From the IMG/VR virus record IMGVR_UViG_3300031414_000029: 53,718 bases of DNA; one strand, 5' to 3'. Below are positions 29,489 to 37,766 of the stretch, piece by piece. Each line of letters starts with the position of its first letter. The stretch's first letter is position 1. This DNA is from a virus. The notes beneath the pieces are model-generated. The model saw only the letters and a list, made by a program, of their open reading frames with translations. It did not search any database and was not told the origin of the DNA. A program made the position numbers and the translations under genes.

Positions 29489-30043
29489 TTGCGGATAATT
29501 ACCGTTGCATTCTTCCTCCTGTTAGCTTCATGGAATGCCTCGGCTTCGGTCGGGGTATCTTCCAAATGGAATCAGCAGTTGGTGGAATTTACAAGAGTTT
29601 CCTACTTAGATGGAAGTTTGAAACTATCTACTTCACAACTTCGAGATATAGATTGCTTAGCAAAAGCGGTGTTCTTCGAAGCAAGAGGAGAAAGTTTCAC
29701 TGGTAAGAAGATGGTTGCCAATGTCGTAATTAACCGGACTAAATACGGCAAGCCATTCGCAACCAATATTTGTAAAGTTGTATACCAACCTAACCAGTTT
29801 TCATGGACGAGAAACAAATGGAAAAGAAACACCAGCTTTAAGCAGGTAGCTTTAAAATTCAGTAAACTTGAGCAGAAAAGTGTGGATGATAGCCTCGAAA
29901 TTGCAATAAAATATGTGATTTTGGAGCCTAAAAACACTGGAATTTCGACTCATTTTAGCTCTGGAAACGTGAAATTTAATCGAGTTTTGTTCATAAAACA
30001 GGTCGGAAATCACAAATTTTATCAATATTTAGGTAACGGATAA
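29489..30043 (+). CDS. Endolysin, SleB/Hydrolase_2-type cell-wall hydrolase with an N-terminal signal or SAR segment (TTG start)
   Basis: MRIITVAFFLLLASWNASA, then DIDCLAKAVFFEARGES...VANVVINR...QPNQFSW. Confidence 0.75.
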   Translation: MRIITVAFFLLLASWNASASVGVSSKWNQQLVEFTRVSYLDGSLKLSTSQLRDIDCLAKAVFFEARGESFTGKKMVANVVINRTKYGKPFATNICKVVYQPNQFSWTRNKWKRNTSFKQVALKFSKLEQKSVDDSLEIAIKYVILEPKNTGISTHFSSGNVKFNRVLFIKQVGNHKFYQYLGNG

Positions 30044-30165
30044 TGGTTAGAGATGCCGCTTGGGTTGCCGAAGTTAACAGACTTTTGGCCGAAATGGAAC
30101 AGTGTGTTGAACGTGTTAAGGCACTGCGTATCAAATGGGAATATAGGTTGGTGAATAATGGATAG
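30043..30165 (+). CDS. Possible 40-aa ORF (MVRDAAWVAEVNRLLAEMEQ...)
   Basis: taATG overlap with the endolysin stop. Below the ORF-track size cut-off; no TM segment or lipobox. Confidence 0.3.
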   Translation: MVRDAAWVAEVNRLLAEMEQCVERVKALRIKWEYRLVNNG

Positions 30166-30274
30166 AGAGAAACGCGATTCCATCAATCGTATGTACGAAT
30201 TGAGCCTAAGACTTAATGTTCTTGTTGCTCAGATGCGTGAACGTGCATTCAAAATGTATGGTTTTGTCAGTTAG
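30158..30274 (+). CDS. Possible 38-aa ORF (MDREKRDSINRMYELS...)
   Basis: Overlaps the previous mini-ORF; helical-looking. Confidence 0.25.
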   Translation: MDREKRDSINRMYELSLRLNVLVAQMRERAFKMYGFVS

Positions 30275-30494
30275 ATGCTGAGGGAAGGTGGTCGCGTAAG
30301 CGAACATCCTTTCCGATGCTAATAAATAAAGAATAAGTTAACATATTTATAATCCCAATATTGCAACAATATTAGTTATGGATGCACTATTGGAGTGGTT
30401 AATGAATTGTCGGTCAGCTGTACCTACTCGGTCTGGTTTCATTGTCAGTTAATCGTTCCTCGTCAGTCGGCTATACGAAATTAAATCCAATTCG

Positions 30495-30535
30495 AGATTC
30501 GTATAAGATTCTAAATTTAGATTCCGGCGAGATTC
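30495..30535. repeat. Four phased AGATTC repeats (starts 30495, 30506, 30519, 30530)
   Basis: Read directly. Spacings are 11, 13 and 11 bp. An A/T-rich tract and a T11 run (30552-30562) follow. Confidence 0.8.
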
Positions 30536-30882
30536 AAATTTAATTATAATATTTTTTTTTTTATCCGGTACTTGGGCGATTCGATTAATGTGCCAATTTA
30601 TAAATTTATTTTTGGAGTCGAGGAACAGAGGCCCAACAACGTCCTGTCGGACTTAAAATACGGTCCCTAAACCCTTTTTCTCTCACGAGCCTATCGGCTC
30701 TCAAAGTTCCAAAGCAAAGTAGCTCCCACTTCGTGGGCACAGGTCAACACAATCTCCATCAGTAGCGAGCCTAGTAGGTATCTCAATGAGAAGGCTACGC
30801 TAGTTAAATCCGTTTCATTGGGAATCGGAGCTGGTTGTTAGCTTAGTTGATTGTGCATTCTGACTACTAATTGGAGCTTACC

Positions 30883-32775
30883 ATGACTAATTCAAACGTT
30901 GTTAAATCTGTTGTTCCTGCTGTTACTTCTGCTATCTACCGTGCTAAAGAACAACAGGCATACATGCAGCCACAGACTTGTGCTATTGCTGCCTTAGCCA
31001 TGTTCCACATGATGACGTCTTTCACACGTGATGACGTTGTACCGGCTATCTCACTTGTTGCTCTTGCTGATGCCTCAATCAAGAAGGCTAACTCAACTAA
31101 CAATGACCTGAAAGCGTTCCACTACAATGACCCATCCATCAACCTGATTGGATTGGCTAAGCATCTTGGCTTCCTGTCAATGGCTGAAGATAAGTCATTC
31201 ACTATGACAGAGCGTTGGATTGAGCTTGTATCAACTAAAGAAACTTGCACTCCATTCACTGAGCAGGTTACTGAACTCAATCGTCGTAAGCCTTTCATCA
31301 AGGGTGGCAAACGTAAGCCTTCCAAACTGATGACAGAAGCAATCGACTTCCTGCAATCAACTGAGTATCACGTTGACTCTGCAATGGTTGACATTGTTGG
31401 TGACGTACTTGGCATGTCACATGAAGTTCCAGCTGTGATTCAACAGGAGCTGCATGTTTGGAACAACGCTCGTAACATGGCTAAAGAAGATGTGCTGTTC
31501 TCAGATTACTTCGCTGATAACCGTGGTCGTCTGTATCATGTAGCATGTGCTGGTCCAAATCCACAGTCATCTGACTTTGCTCGTTCACTGTATTCTCACA
31601 ATGTTGAGAACATCGTAGAACGTGGTTCAGAAGCATACAACATGTTCATGGCAGAGCTTGATGATGTAGCTGGTGGCAAATGGGTTGAGTCTAAGATGTT
31701 GACTCGTGTTGCTCAGAATCCAGTTGGTGCATTGAAACACATGCTGTCATCTGGTGATGCTCCTAAGAAGCCATTCACTTACATTCGTCTGGCATTGGAT
31801 TGGTTCAAGTTTGAAACAACTGGTGTCTGTGATTCACGCATTGGCTTTGGCTTAGATGCTAAATGTTCAGGCACTCAGTATCTGGCATTCATTGCAGGCA
31901 ACATGGAAATGGCTCGTGCAACTGGTTTAGTCAATTCAGACTCCAAAGCATCTGACCCATACCAGCTTTCATTGGTACAGTTGCTGAAACTGTTAGAGAA
32001 GTCATCAATGAATCCATCTGATGAAATTAAGGCTAAGTATTTCAATCCGAAAGACGGTCGTAACTTCATCAAGACTCCATACATGGCAGTTCAGTATGGT
32101 GGTGGTAAAGCTGCATTAACTGGCGACAAAAACTTTGCAACTACAGTTATCAGCATCTTTGGTGCAGACAAACTGGAAGCATTTGCAGAGCTGGCTGTTG
32201 AAGCTGTTAAGGCTGCACTTGGTGAGAAGATTAACCTGTTCATTGCTAAAGCGATGGAAGCAGTTAAAGCCAAATGTGAGAAAGAATCTAAGCTGTACAT
32301 TGATTACCGTCACACAGATGGTCAGGTTGTTCATAAGCCTTGCTATCCATCTCGTGCAATCTGTGATGCATTCAGCATTCGTGTTGATTCACAGACTCGT
32401 GTAATCTTTGGGAACATCGTTGAAGAAACTGAGTGGAAGATTCGTGAAACTCAGCCAACTGTTGAAGAATTCGCTCGTACCTTTGTTGTTAACTACATTC
32501 AGGGTATTGACGCGCTGGTGGCTCGTACTGTTGCTAAGTATGCTAAGAAAGCTGGTCTTCGTGGATTCACTTCTATTCACGATTGCTTCCGTTGCTGCTT
32601 AGCAGATGCTCCAAAAATGATGGCTGTGATTCGTGAAGCATACATTGAAATCTTTGTACGCAACAATCAGTTCGAATCTCTGTCCAAGCAGATTGGTGGC
32701 ATTGATATGTTCCATACCAATATCGTTACAGAAGAGCTGTTGAATTCAGAGCACGCTTATTACTTCTGTCAGTAA
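30883..32775 (+). CDS. Single-subunit DNA-directed RNA polymerase (T7-like), compact 630 aa
   Basis: GLDAKCSGTQYLA (T7 motif A region DGSCSGIQH), RNFIKTPYMAVQYGGG (motif B), TSIHDCFRC (motif C HDSF). GGAG lies 8 nt upstream of ATG 30883. Confidence 0.9.
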   Translation: MTNSNVVKSVVPAVTSAIYRAKEQQAYMQPQTCAIAALAMFHMMTSFTRDDVVPAISLVALADASIKKANSTNNDLKAFHYNDPSINLIGLAKHLGFLSMAEDKSFTMTERWIELVSTKETCTPFTEQVTELNRRKPFIKGGKRKPSKLMTEAIDFLQSTEYHVDSAMVDIVGDVLGMSHEVPAVIQQELHVWNNARNMAKEDVLFSDYFADNRGRLYHVACAGPNPQSSDFARSLYSHNVENIVERGSEAYNMFMAELDDVAGGKWVESKMLTRVAQNPVGALKHMLSSGDAPKKPFTYIRLALDWFKFETTGVCDSRIGFGLDAKCSGTQYLAFIAGNMEMARATGLVNSDSKASDPYQLSLVQLLKLLEKSSMNPSDEIKAKYFNPKDGRNFIKTPYMAVQYGGGKAALTGDKNFATTVISIFGADKLEAFAELAVEAVKAALGEKINLFIAKAMEAVKAKCEKESKLYIDYRHTDGQVVHKPCYPSRAICDAFSIRVDSQTRVIFGNIVEETEWKIRETQPTVEEFARTFVVNYIQGIDALVARTVAKYAKKAGLRGFTSIHDCFRCCLADAPKMMAVIREAYIEIFVRNNQFESLSKQIGGIDMFHTNIVTEELLNSEHAYYFCQ

Positions 32776-32790
32776 TCCAGTTCCAACTAA

Positions 32791-32818
32791 GGGCTTCTTC
32801 GGAGGCCCTTTTCTTTTT
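32791..32818 (+). terminator. Rho-independent terminator after the RNAP gene
   Basis: GGGCTTC-TTCG-GAGGCCC followed by TTTTCTTTTT. Confidence 0.85.
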
Positions 32819-32856
32819 AAACAAAAACAAAATCCTATTCTGATACCAAAGTGTTG

Positions 32857-32887
32857 TTGCAATATTGCGAGAATATTTTGGCATTAG
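32857..32887 (+). promoter_or_regulatory. 31-nt promoter-like motif TTGCAATATTGCGAGAATATTTTGGCATTAG (sister copy at 44277-44307)
   Basis: The two copies share TTGCAATAT..G.GAG.AAT.T.TT.GGCATTAG with identical spacing. Confidence 0.45.
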
Positions 32888-33253
32888 TTGGAAGTGGAGA
32901 AACAACAATCCGCATGACATATTCGAAACTGGTGTACAACAGTATTGAGCATGTCAACTTAGTTACAGTGAATGTTACAGGTTTAGTCAACTGTAGAACT
33001 CCCTGAGACGGCTACTCAAAGTTCCAGCTTCCATGATTGAGTAGGAGAGTTGCAATCCATTTGAAACAGAGAAAGCATGTCCAGTTAGTAACAGTCGAGT
33101 CCGTCCTATTATCAAGGCCCTAACACAAGCCGGGACAATGTCGATTGGAACTTAGTGGAATATTGTTCGAAACTGTAGAGAAATCGAAAGCGTAGCGAAG
33201 TCCGAGAAAGCATATGATTCTTCGACCGTTTGCCGCGCTAAAATTAGTAGCAA

Positions 33254-33664
33254 ATATTGTGGCATTATTGCATGTAAATATTGTCCCAATGCTGTGATTA
33301 CTTCAGCATGTTAGAATGTGACCAAATTGCTAGGGAGCTAATCACCCGTAGATGCAATGAAACTGGTCAATCCGGCATGTGTTTCGTTTACAGTATTGTG
33401 ACAGTTTAAGCATGTAATATTGCCACAGCTTTTTGCATGTCCCTCTGTAGCCCGCGTGGTTACTGGCTTTGTATCAATATTGCCACAGTTGTCGCATGTA
33501 TAGTTTGTGACAATATGTGGAGTAAACCTTTATTTTCTTTCTTTCTTTTTTGGTTGATGGTCACTCAGTTGCACCAACTTTCCACACTTTGAATGTGCCG
33601 AATACGCTCAAAGGGTAGGGAGTAAATGTAGCTATGACCGCATGTAAATAATGTGACAATTTAG
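33254..33664 (+). promoter_or_regulatory. Array of at least 7 promoter-like motifs (A)TATTG(T/C)(G/C)(A/C)CA..T..-GCATGT(A) in an ORF-free kb
   Basis: Copies at 33254-33276, 33278-33290 (partial), 33315-33328, 33393-33416, 33417-33440, 33477-33500, 33501-33520 and 33646-33664. Confidence 0.5.
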
Positions 33665-33866
33665 TGAGATTCGGCCTCACAGAATTGGCCCAGATTAGTT
33701 GCATGTGAATGAAAAGACAGAGTTTATCTCAGAATTTATTCTCGAATTAGCATGTAGAATTCGTGGAGTAAGTTGCGAGATAGGCTCCAAACTATCATTA
33801 GGATGTACATCTGGCACTATGCTAGTCACATGGTGCCTTTCTTAATTAAGTTATTGGAGATATAAA

Positions 33867-34034
33867 ATGCGTAAGAAATTTGACGAAATCAAAGATGGAG
33901 AGAAATTCATCTTCGCTGGTGTGCGTTATATTAAAGTGATGGAAGAATCTGTCTATTATAACGCTGTTGAAGAACGTCATTCAGGCCGTGCTTCGGCTTT
34001 CGCTGGTGGTGAAGTATGTATCGTTTGTTCTTAA
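33867..34034 (+). CDS. Hypothetical 55-aa early protein
   Basis: GGAGATATAAAATG ribosome-binding context. First ORF after the promoter array; not in the ORF track (under 60 aa). Confidence 0.5.
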   Translation: MRKKFDEIKDGEKFIFAGVRYIKVMEESVYYNAVEERHSGRASAFAGGEVCIVCS

Positions 34035-34219
34035 AAGTTAAAGATGAGAAGGGAGAGACTGAACAGTCTTTCTCTTCGCTCCACAAAGTTCACAAACATA
34101 TTCTGACAATTGACACTTCAACTGTAGAATATATCCTTCTCGAACGTGGCAATGAAACTGTTGGTGAATCTATCGACGAACTCGTTGCCTACTGTGAATT
34201 CTGGGATGGTCTGGAATGA
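34016..34219 (+). CDS. Hypothetical early protein
   Basis: ORF track. Confidence 0.5.
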   Translation: MYRLFLKVKDEKGETEQSFSSLHKVHKHILTIDTSTVEYILLERGNETVGESIDELVAYCEFWDGLE

Positions 34220-34503
34220 GATACAAATTGTGGCTGTTCAATAACGAAGGTCATCATAACTTGTTTCTCGAAGATACAGTTATGAAGGCAGGAACCAAAG
34301 GTTCTTTCATGTTGCGCGACCAATCAAGTTATGCTGAAGATAATGGCAAACTTGTATGGAAAGACGCAGCACATCCTGTGGCAATTCATGCGTTGATTGC
34401 AAAGAACAAAGCTATCTGTATTGCAACAGCAATGCATATATCAACAATCGACCCAAATATGAATTGGCGTGTTCTGGATTATCTCTGGAAGAATTGCCAA
34501 TGA
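34216..34503 (+). CDS. Hypothetical early protein
   Basis: ORF track; ATGA overlap. Confidence 0.55.
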   Translation: MRYKLWLFNNEGHHNLFLEDTVMKAGTKGSFMLRDQSSYAEDNGKLVWKDAAHPVAIHALIAKNKAICIATAMHISTIDPNMNWRVLDYLWKNCQ

Positions 34504-34709
34504 GTCGATTTGATTGTAAAAACAAACTGTACAAAAACGCTGAGCATAAAATGATTTTACGTCATTGGATTGAGCAGCGTCACGGTTGGGATTACTATTT
34601 ATGGAATGGGTTTATGTGGGTACGTGCAGGAAATCAGCTCTATTGTGAGCACTCCTGTAATTATTACTGCAAACTCATTGGCATTAATCTTTCAAACACA
34701 GGTCTATAA
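34500..34709 (+). CDS. Hypothetical early protein (start moved to ATG 34500)
   Basis: ATGA overlap with the upstream stop. The 34356 start lies inside the upstream gene. Confidence 0.5.
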   Translation: MSRFDCKNKLYKNAEHKMILRHWIEQRHGWDYYLWNGFMWVRAGNQLYCEHSCNYYCKLIGINLSNTGL

Positions 34710-34957
34710 TGAAAACTGGTGAACTCGTTGTAATGCGGCGTAGTGAACGTGGCTTGAACGGGTTCACTGCGTACAAAGTTTATACCATTCTGGCTGGTGA
34801 AGGTGAAACAAATCAGTCAGCGTGTGCAATGCGTTTGGGTACAATGCTCAAACACAGTGAACGTACTTTTAATCTGGTTGATGACAATGGTGTTATTCGC
34901 TTTGTATCAGACCAGCACTTCAAACCATTCAACTCAGAATTGGGATTGTTCAAATGA
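34709..34957 (+). CDS. Early protein, paralog family member 1
   Basis: NGFTAYKVYTILAGEG and FNLVDDNGVIRFVSDQHF blocks shared with 36608-36931. Confidence 0.55.
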   Translation: MKTGELVVMRRSERGLNGFTAYKVYTILAGEGETNQSACAMRLGTMLKHSERTFNLVDDNGVIRFVSDQHFKPFNSELGLFK

Positions 34958-35112
34958 TTCAGTTAACAGGCAAGCCGCTTCAAGATTTCCTAGCGTTTCT
35001 GGCTGACGCATATCCTGAAATTGTTGCAGAGCCTGTTAATGGTGTTCTGAACATTTCAACCGATTCTATGATGTTCAAAGCGTGGGAAGAATTCGATGAG
35101 TATTGCGGATAA
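34954..35112 (+). CDS. Hypothetical 52-aa early protein
   Basis: ATGA overlap. Acidic and plausible in composition; below the ORF-track cut-off. Confidence 0.4.
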   Translation: MIQLTGKPLQDFLAFLADAYPEIVAEPVNGVLNISTDSMMFKAWEEFDEYCG

Positions 35113-35380
35113 CCGCAGCGTACTGGATGAACAAGTTCGTAATGAACTAAATCGTCAGTACGACTACTACAAACAAATGCTCTACGCTTTAACCTACAAT
35201 GCCCGTTTCGTGGCAATAGTTAACATAAGCGTGGAAACAACAAATCCTGAATTAAAAGAAAGCTGCATTCGACTTTCTGACGAAGAGCTGATTTCTATTA
35301 TCTCAAAACGCAGGGAACTCGTACATGTCCAACTTAACCGCATTAATGAATTTAGCACGTCGGGCACAAGAGAAGGCTGA
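35096..35380 (+). CDS. Hypothetical early protein
   Basis: ORF track. Confidence 0.5.
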   Translation: MSIADNRSVLDEQVRNELNRQYDYYKQMLYALTYNARFVAIVNISVETTNPELKESCIRLSDEELISIISKRRELVHVQLNRINEFSTSGTREG

Positions 35381-35579
35381 TAACTCAATCAGTCTTCTTG
35401 AGAACATGCCAATCACAACTAATTGTGGTGTGGTGCTCTTCGCTGCAAAACGTATCGGCGAACTGGAAACAGCGTTGCTCGATGCGAACACTGAACTTAC
35501 TGAGTTGCGTAAATTACGTGACGAAGTATCCGTTTCCTACAAAAGTATCGAAACTGGAAATCATCCGTTATTGAAATAG
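35325..35579 (+). CDS. Hypothetical early protein (coiled-coil-like)
   Basis: ORF track. Confidence 0.5.
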   Translation: MSNLTALMNLARRAQEKADNSISLLENMPITTNCGVVLFAAKRIGELETALLDANTELTELRKLRDEVSVSYKSIETGNHPLLK

Positions 35580-35815
35580 TGGTTGTCGGTGGCTCTATTG
35601 GTCATCGCATCGTCTCTGAAATTTTAAGCAACATTCGTGGAATTCAATTCGTATCCTTTATCGAGCCAGATTGGAACGTTATTGAATTTACAGGCATCAT
35701 TTGCGAAAAAGCACCAAGCCCTGACACGAGTGTAAACCATAAGCCCGCAAGCGTGCGGCATCCGGTTTGGGCTTATGCCCTGTTGAAAGTTTGGCGACGA
35801 ATATATCATGCTTGA
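35579..35815 (+). CDS. Hypothetical early protein (GTG start)
   Basis: ORF track. Confidence 0.4.
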   Translation: MVVGGSIGHRIVSEILSNIRGIQFVSFIEPDWNVIEFTGIICEKAPSPDTSVNHKPASVRHPVWAYALLKVWRRIYHA

Positions 35816-35997
35816 GTTGGCAATTGTGAAACTCCCGATGGCTCAGTGATGCGGTTCGAGCATAATTGATTGTGAATGCAATCATTCAGAAATGAAGTAG
35901 CTTTTGTATTTGTTGTCAGTTGTTGTAATCGAATCCTTGATTCCAGAATTTGCAACTCTCAGCAAATACCAGATGTTACTTAACTTTGGAGAATATC

Positions 35998-36306
35998 ATG
36001 GCAATTTTACGCCGCAAGCACAATGGTCAGTTTAAGAAAGCTCTTGTTCGCGTGGGCGATGTTGTTGTGAGCGATTCTACAACTCCGTGGTTAGGCATTA
36101 CTGCTAACCGTGGCTACAAAGTTGTGGCAACAACACTTTCACTCAAGCGTGTGAGCGACTTTCACAGTGAGTGTACTCGACCAGAGCATTTCATCATTAT
36201 CAATGATTTTGGTGAAAAGTTGGTCCAGGCACTTCCACGTAATAATGCAGTTCTTCCAGCGCCAAACAGACATTTCTGTAATTGGCAAAATTCATCAGTT
36301 AAATAA
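35998..36306 (+). CDS. Early protein, distant paralog family member 3 (start moved to ATG 35998)
   Basis: GGAGAATATCATG context. LGITANRGYKVVAT and FIIINDFGEKL blocks. Confidence 0.55.
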   Translation: MAILRRKHNGQFKKALVRVGDVVVSDSTTPWLGITANRGYKVVATTLSLKRVSDFHSECTRPEHFIIINDFGEKLVQALPRNNAVLPAPNRHFCNWQNSSVK

Positions 36307-36362
36307 GAGGTACGAATTATGTCCTATTATGTAGATAAGCACGGCGTTGTGGTGTTTGTAAA

Positions 36363-36611
36363 ATGATTACACCAGATAAACTCGAAACAGTTGTGGCAGT
36401 GTTTGTCACAATTTGGTATTACGGACTTATTCCGGCGTTTGTTTGCTTTATTTCCATACACTCGTGGCTAGTATCGCACGGCAAAGAGAAGTCAGATGCA
36501 GAAGTTTTAGTAGCAACTCTGTTGTGGCCGTGGTATGCAGCAGAAATCGTGGTTTGTATCATTTCAACTATGATTGGAACCATCATCAAATATACGAGAA
36601 ACGCGAAATGA
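36363..36611 (+). CDS. Small membrane protein
   Basis: Two to three hydrophobic segments. Confidence 0.5.
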   Translation: MITPDKLETVVAVFVTIWYYGLIPAFVCFISIHSWLVSHGKEKSDAEVLVATLLWPWYAAEIVVCIISTMIGTIIKYTRNAK

Positions 36612-36931
36612 ATCGTAACAGTAAAGTACTCTGCCTCGAAGATATCGGACAAATCTATGCAAACAAAGCAAACTCGAAAGCTGCAGGCTTCACCAAAGGA
36701 CGTGTTTATCGCGTTGTTGCTGGTCTTGGGGACGGCGACATTAGCCGCACTGACGGGAAAGTTGGTGGTTTTCTGCTTAACCCTAACCAAGTGTGTCTTA
36801 AAGACGACTTTGGCAATATCCGCTTAATGCGAATTGACCATCGTTTCGAAGTTGTGTCACTGGCTGAAAGCCGTTATCCGACGCGCGTTCCAGTAACACA
36901 CGTTTATATCCCACTTCCAGCTGCACGGTGA
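36608..36931 (+). CDS. Early protein, paralog family member 2 (start moved to ATG 36608)
   Basis: AGFTKGRVYRVVAGLG and VCLKDDFGNIRLMRIDHRF blocks. ATGA overlap. Confidence 0.55.
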   Translation: MNRNSKVLCLEDIGQIYANKANSKAAGFTKGRVYRVVAGLGDGDISRTDGKVGGFLLNPNQVCLKDDFGNIRLMRIDHRFEVVSLAESRYPTRVPVTHVYIPLPAAR

Positions 36932-36935
36932 TTTC

Positions 36936-37121
36936 ATGACTTGGGAAGAAGCAATTCGGGCAATGCTGGACGGGCAAAGAGTTCGTCACATAAACTTCAC
37001 ACGAGAAGAGTTCTTCGAAATTCGTCAAGGCATAATTTATGCTGAAGATGGTTGCCCGATGCGCGGCTGGTATCGTGGCGAAGATTGGCAGAAACAGGGC
37101 TTTTCAATTGTGAGCCGATAG
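36936..37121 (+). CDS. DUF2829-like small protein (fold family of the Thoeris anti-defence protein Tad2)
   Basis: MTWEEAIRAMLDGQRVRH...GEDWQ resembles the F.EAl.al..Gk.v.R..W....eDW pattern of DUF2829. Confidence 0.4.
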   Translation: MTWEEAIRAMLDGQRVRHINFTREEFFEIRQGIIYAEDGCPMRGWYRGEDWQKQGFSIVSR

Positions 37122-37137
37122 GCCACAGGAGCTAACT

Positions 37138-37353
37138 ATGATTTTCGGTTCTATCTTTAATAACGGTTGGGGTGGACAAGATTTCATTATTCATCGTAAC
37201 CGCAAAGCTGGGCCGAAATTCATGGGAAGTTATCCGTGGTATTTCCGTGCATTTGTGTTGGCTGTGTTTGGCTACACAATCCACAAATATGGCTTTGGCT
37301 TAACTCCCAACATGGAAGCATTTATATCATGCGTGGATTCATTTCTGAAGTAA
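37138..37353 (+). CDS. Small membrane protein
   Basis: AGGAGCTAACTATG context; hydrophobic core. Confidence 0.5.
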   Translation: MIFGSIFNNGWGGQDFIIHRNRKAGPKFMGSYPWYFRAFVLAVFGYTIHKYGFGLTPNMEAFISCVDSFLK

Positions 37354-37559
37354 TATTGCCTATTGCGATTATCTTCTTAATTGTATCATCCGTATTTCTA
37401 GCTGTAGTCCAAATCGGCACCAGTTGGAGTTGCAATAGTGTAGGCAATTTGTACAACGTTGAAACTAAGACAGCTGCTTTGGAGTGTTACGTAAATACTC
37501 CAATAGGTTGGGTTAAACAAAACGATTTCGAAATTGGCCGAATTGTTGGTAAATTCTAA
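37329..37559 (+). CDS. Small membrane protein (start moved to ATG 37329)
   Basis: N-terminal TM segment ILPIAIIFLIVSSVFLAVV. Confidence 0.45.
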   Translation: MRGFISEVILPIAIIFLIVSSVFLAVVQIGTSWSCNSVGNLYNVETKTAALECYVNTPIGWVKQNDFEIGRIVGKF

Positions 37560-37766
37560 TGGGAATGTTTAAAATTATTCTCATTTCTTCCATCATCGGA
37601 ACATTGTGTGGCATGGGTCTTACGACATTAATGCAATCACTATTACAAATTTGAATACAAAGTGTCTTCTTTGAGGGCACTTCAATATTCAACATTAGTT
37701 GGATGTGAAGAGAACCAAAGCATCGGAACTCAAATTTAAACTCAATTTAACAGTAAAGGTAATATC

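Noticed and set aside
33254-33810. Repeated TATTG...GCATGT units read as a CRISPR array or as sigma70 promoters
   Set aside because: The units are short, imperfect and irregularly spaced, with no constant repeat/spacer periodicity, so this is not CRISPR. The box spacing (10-12 nt) and the absence of a TATAAT-like hexamer at 16-18 nt argue against standard sigma70 promoters.
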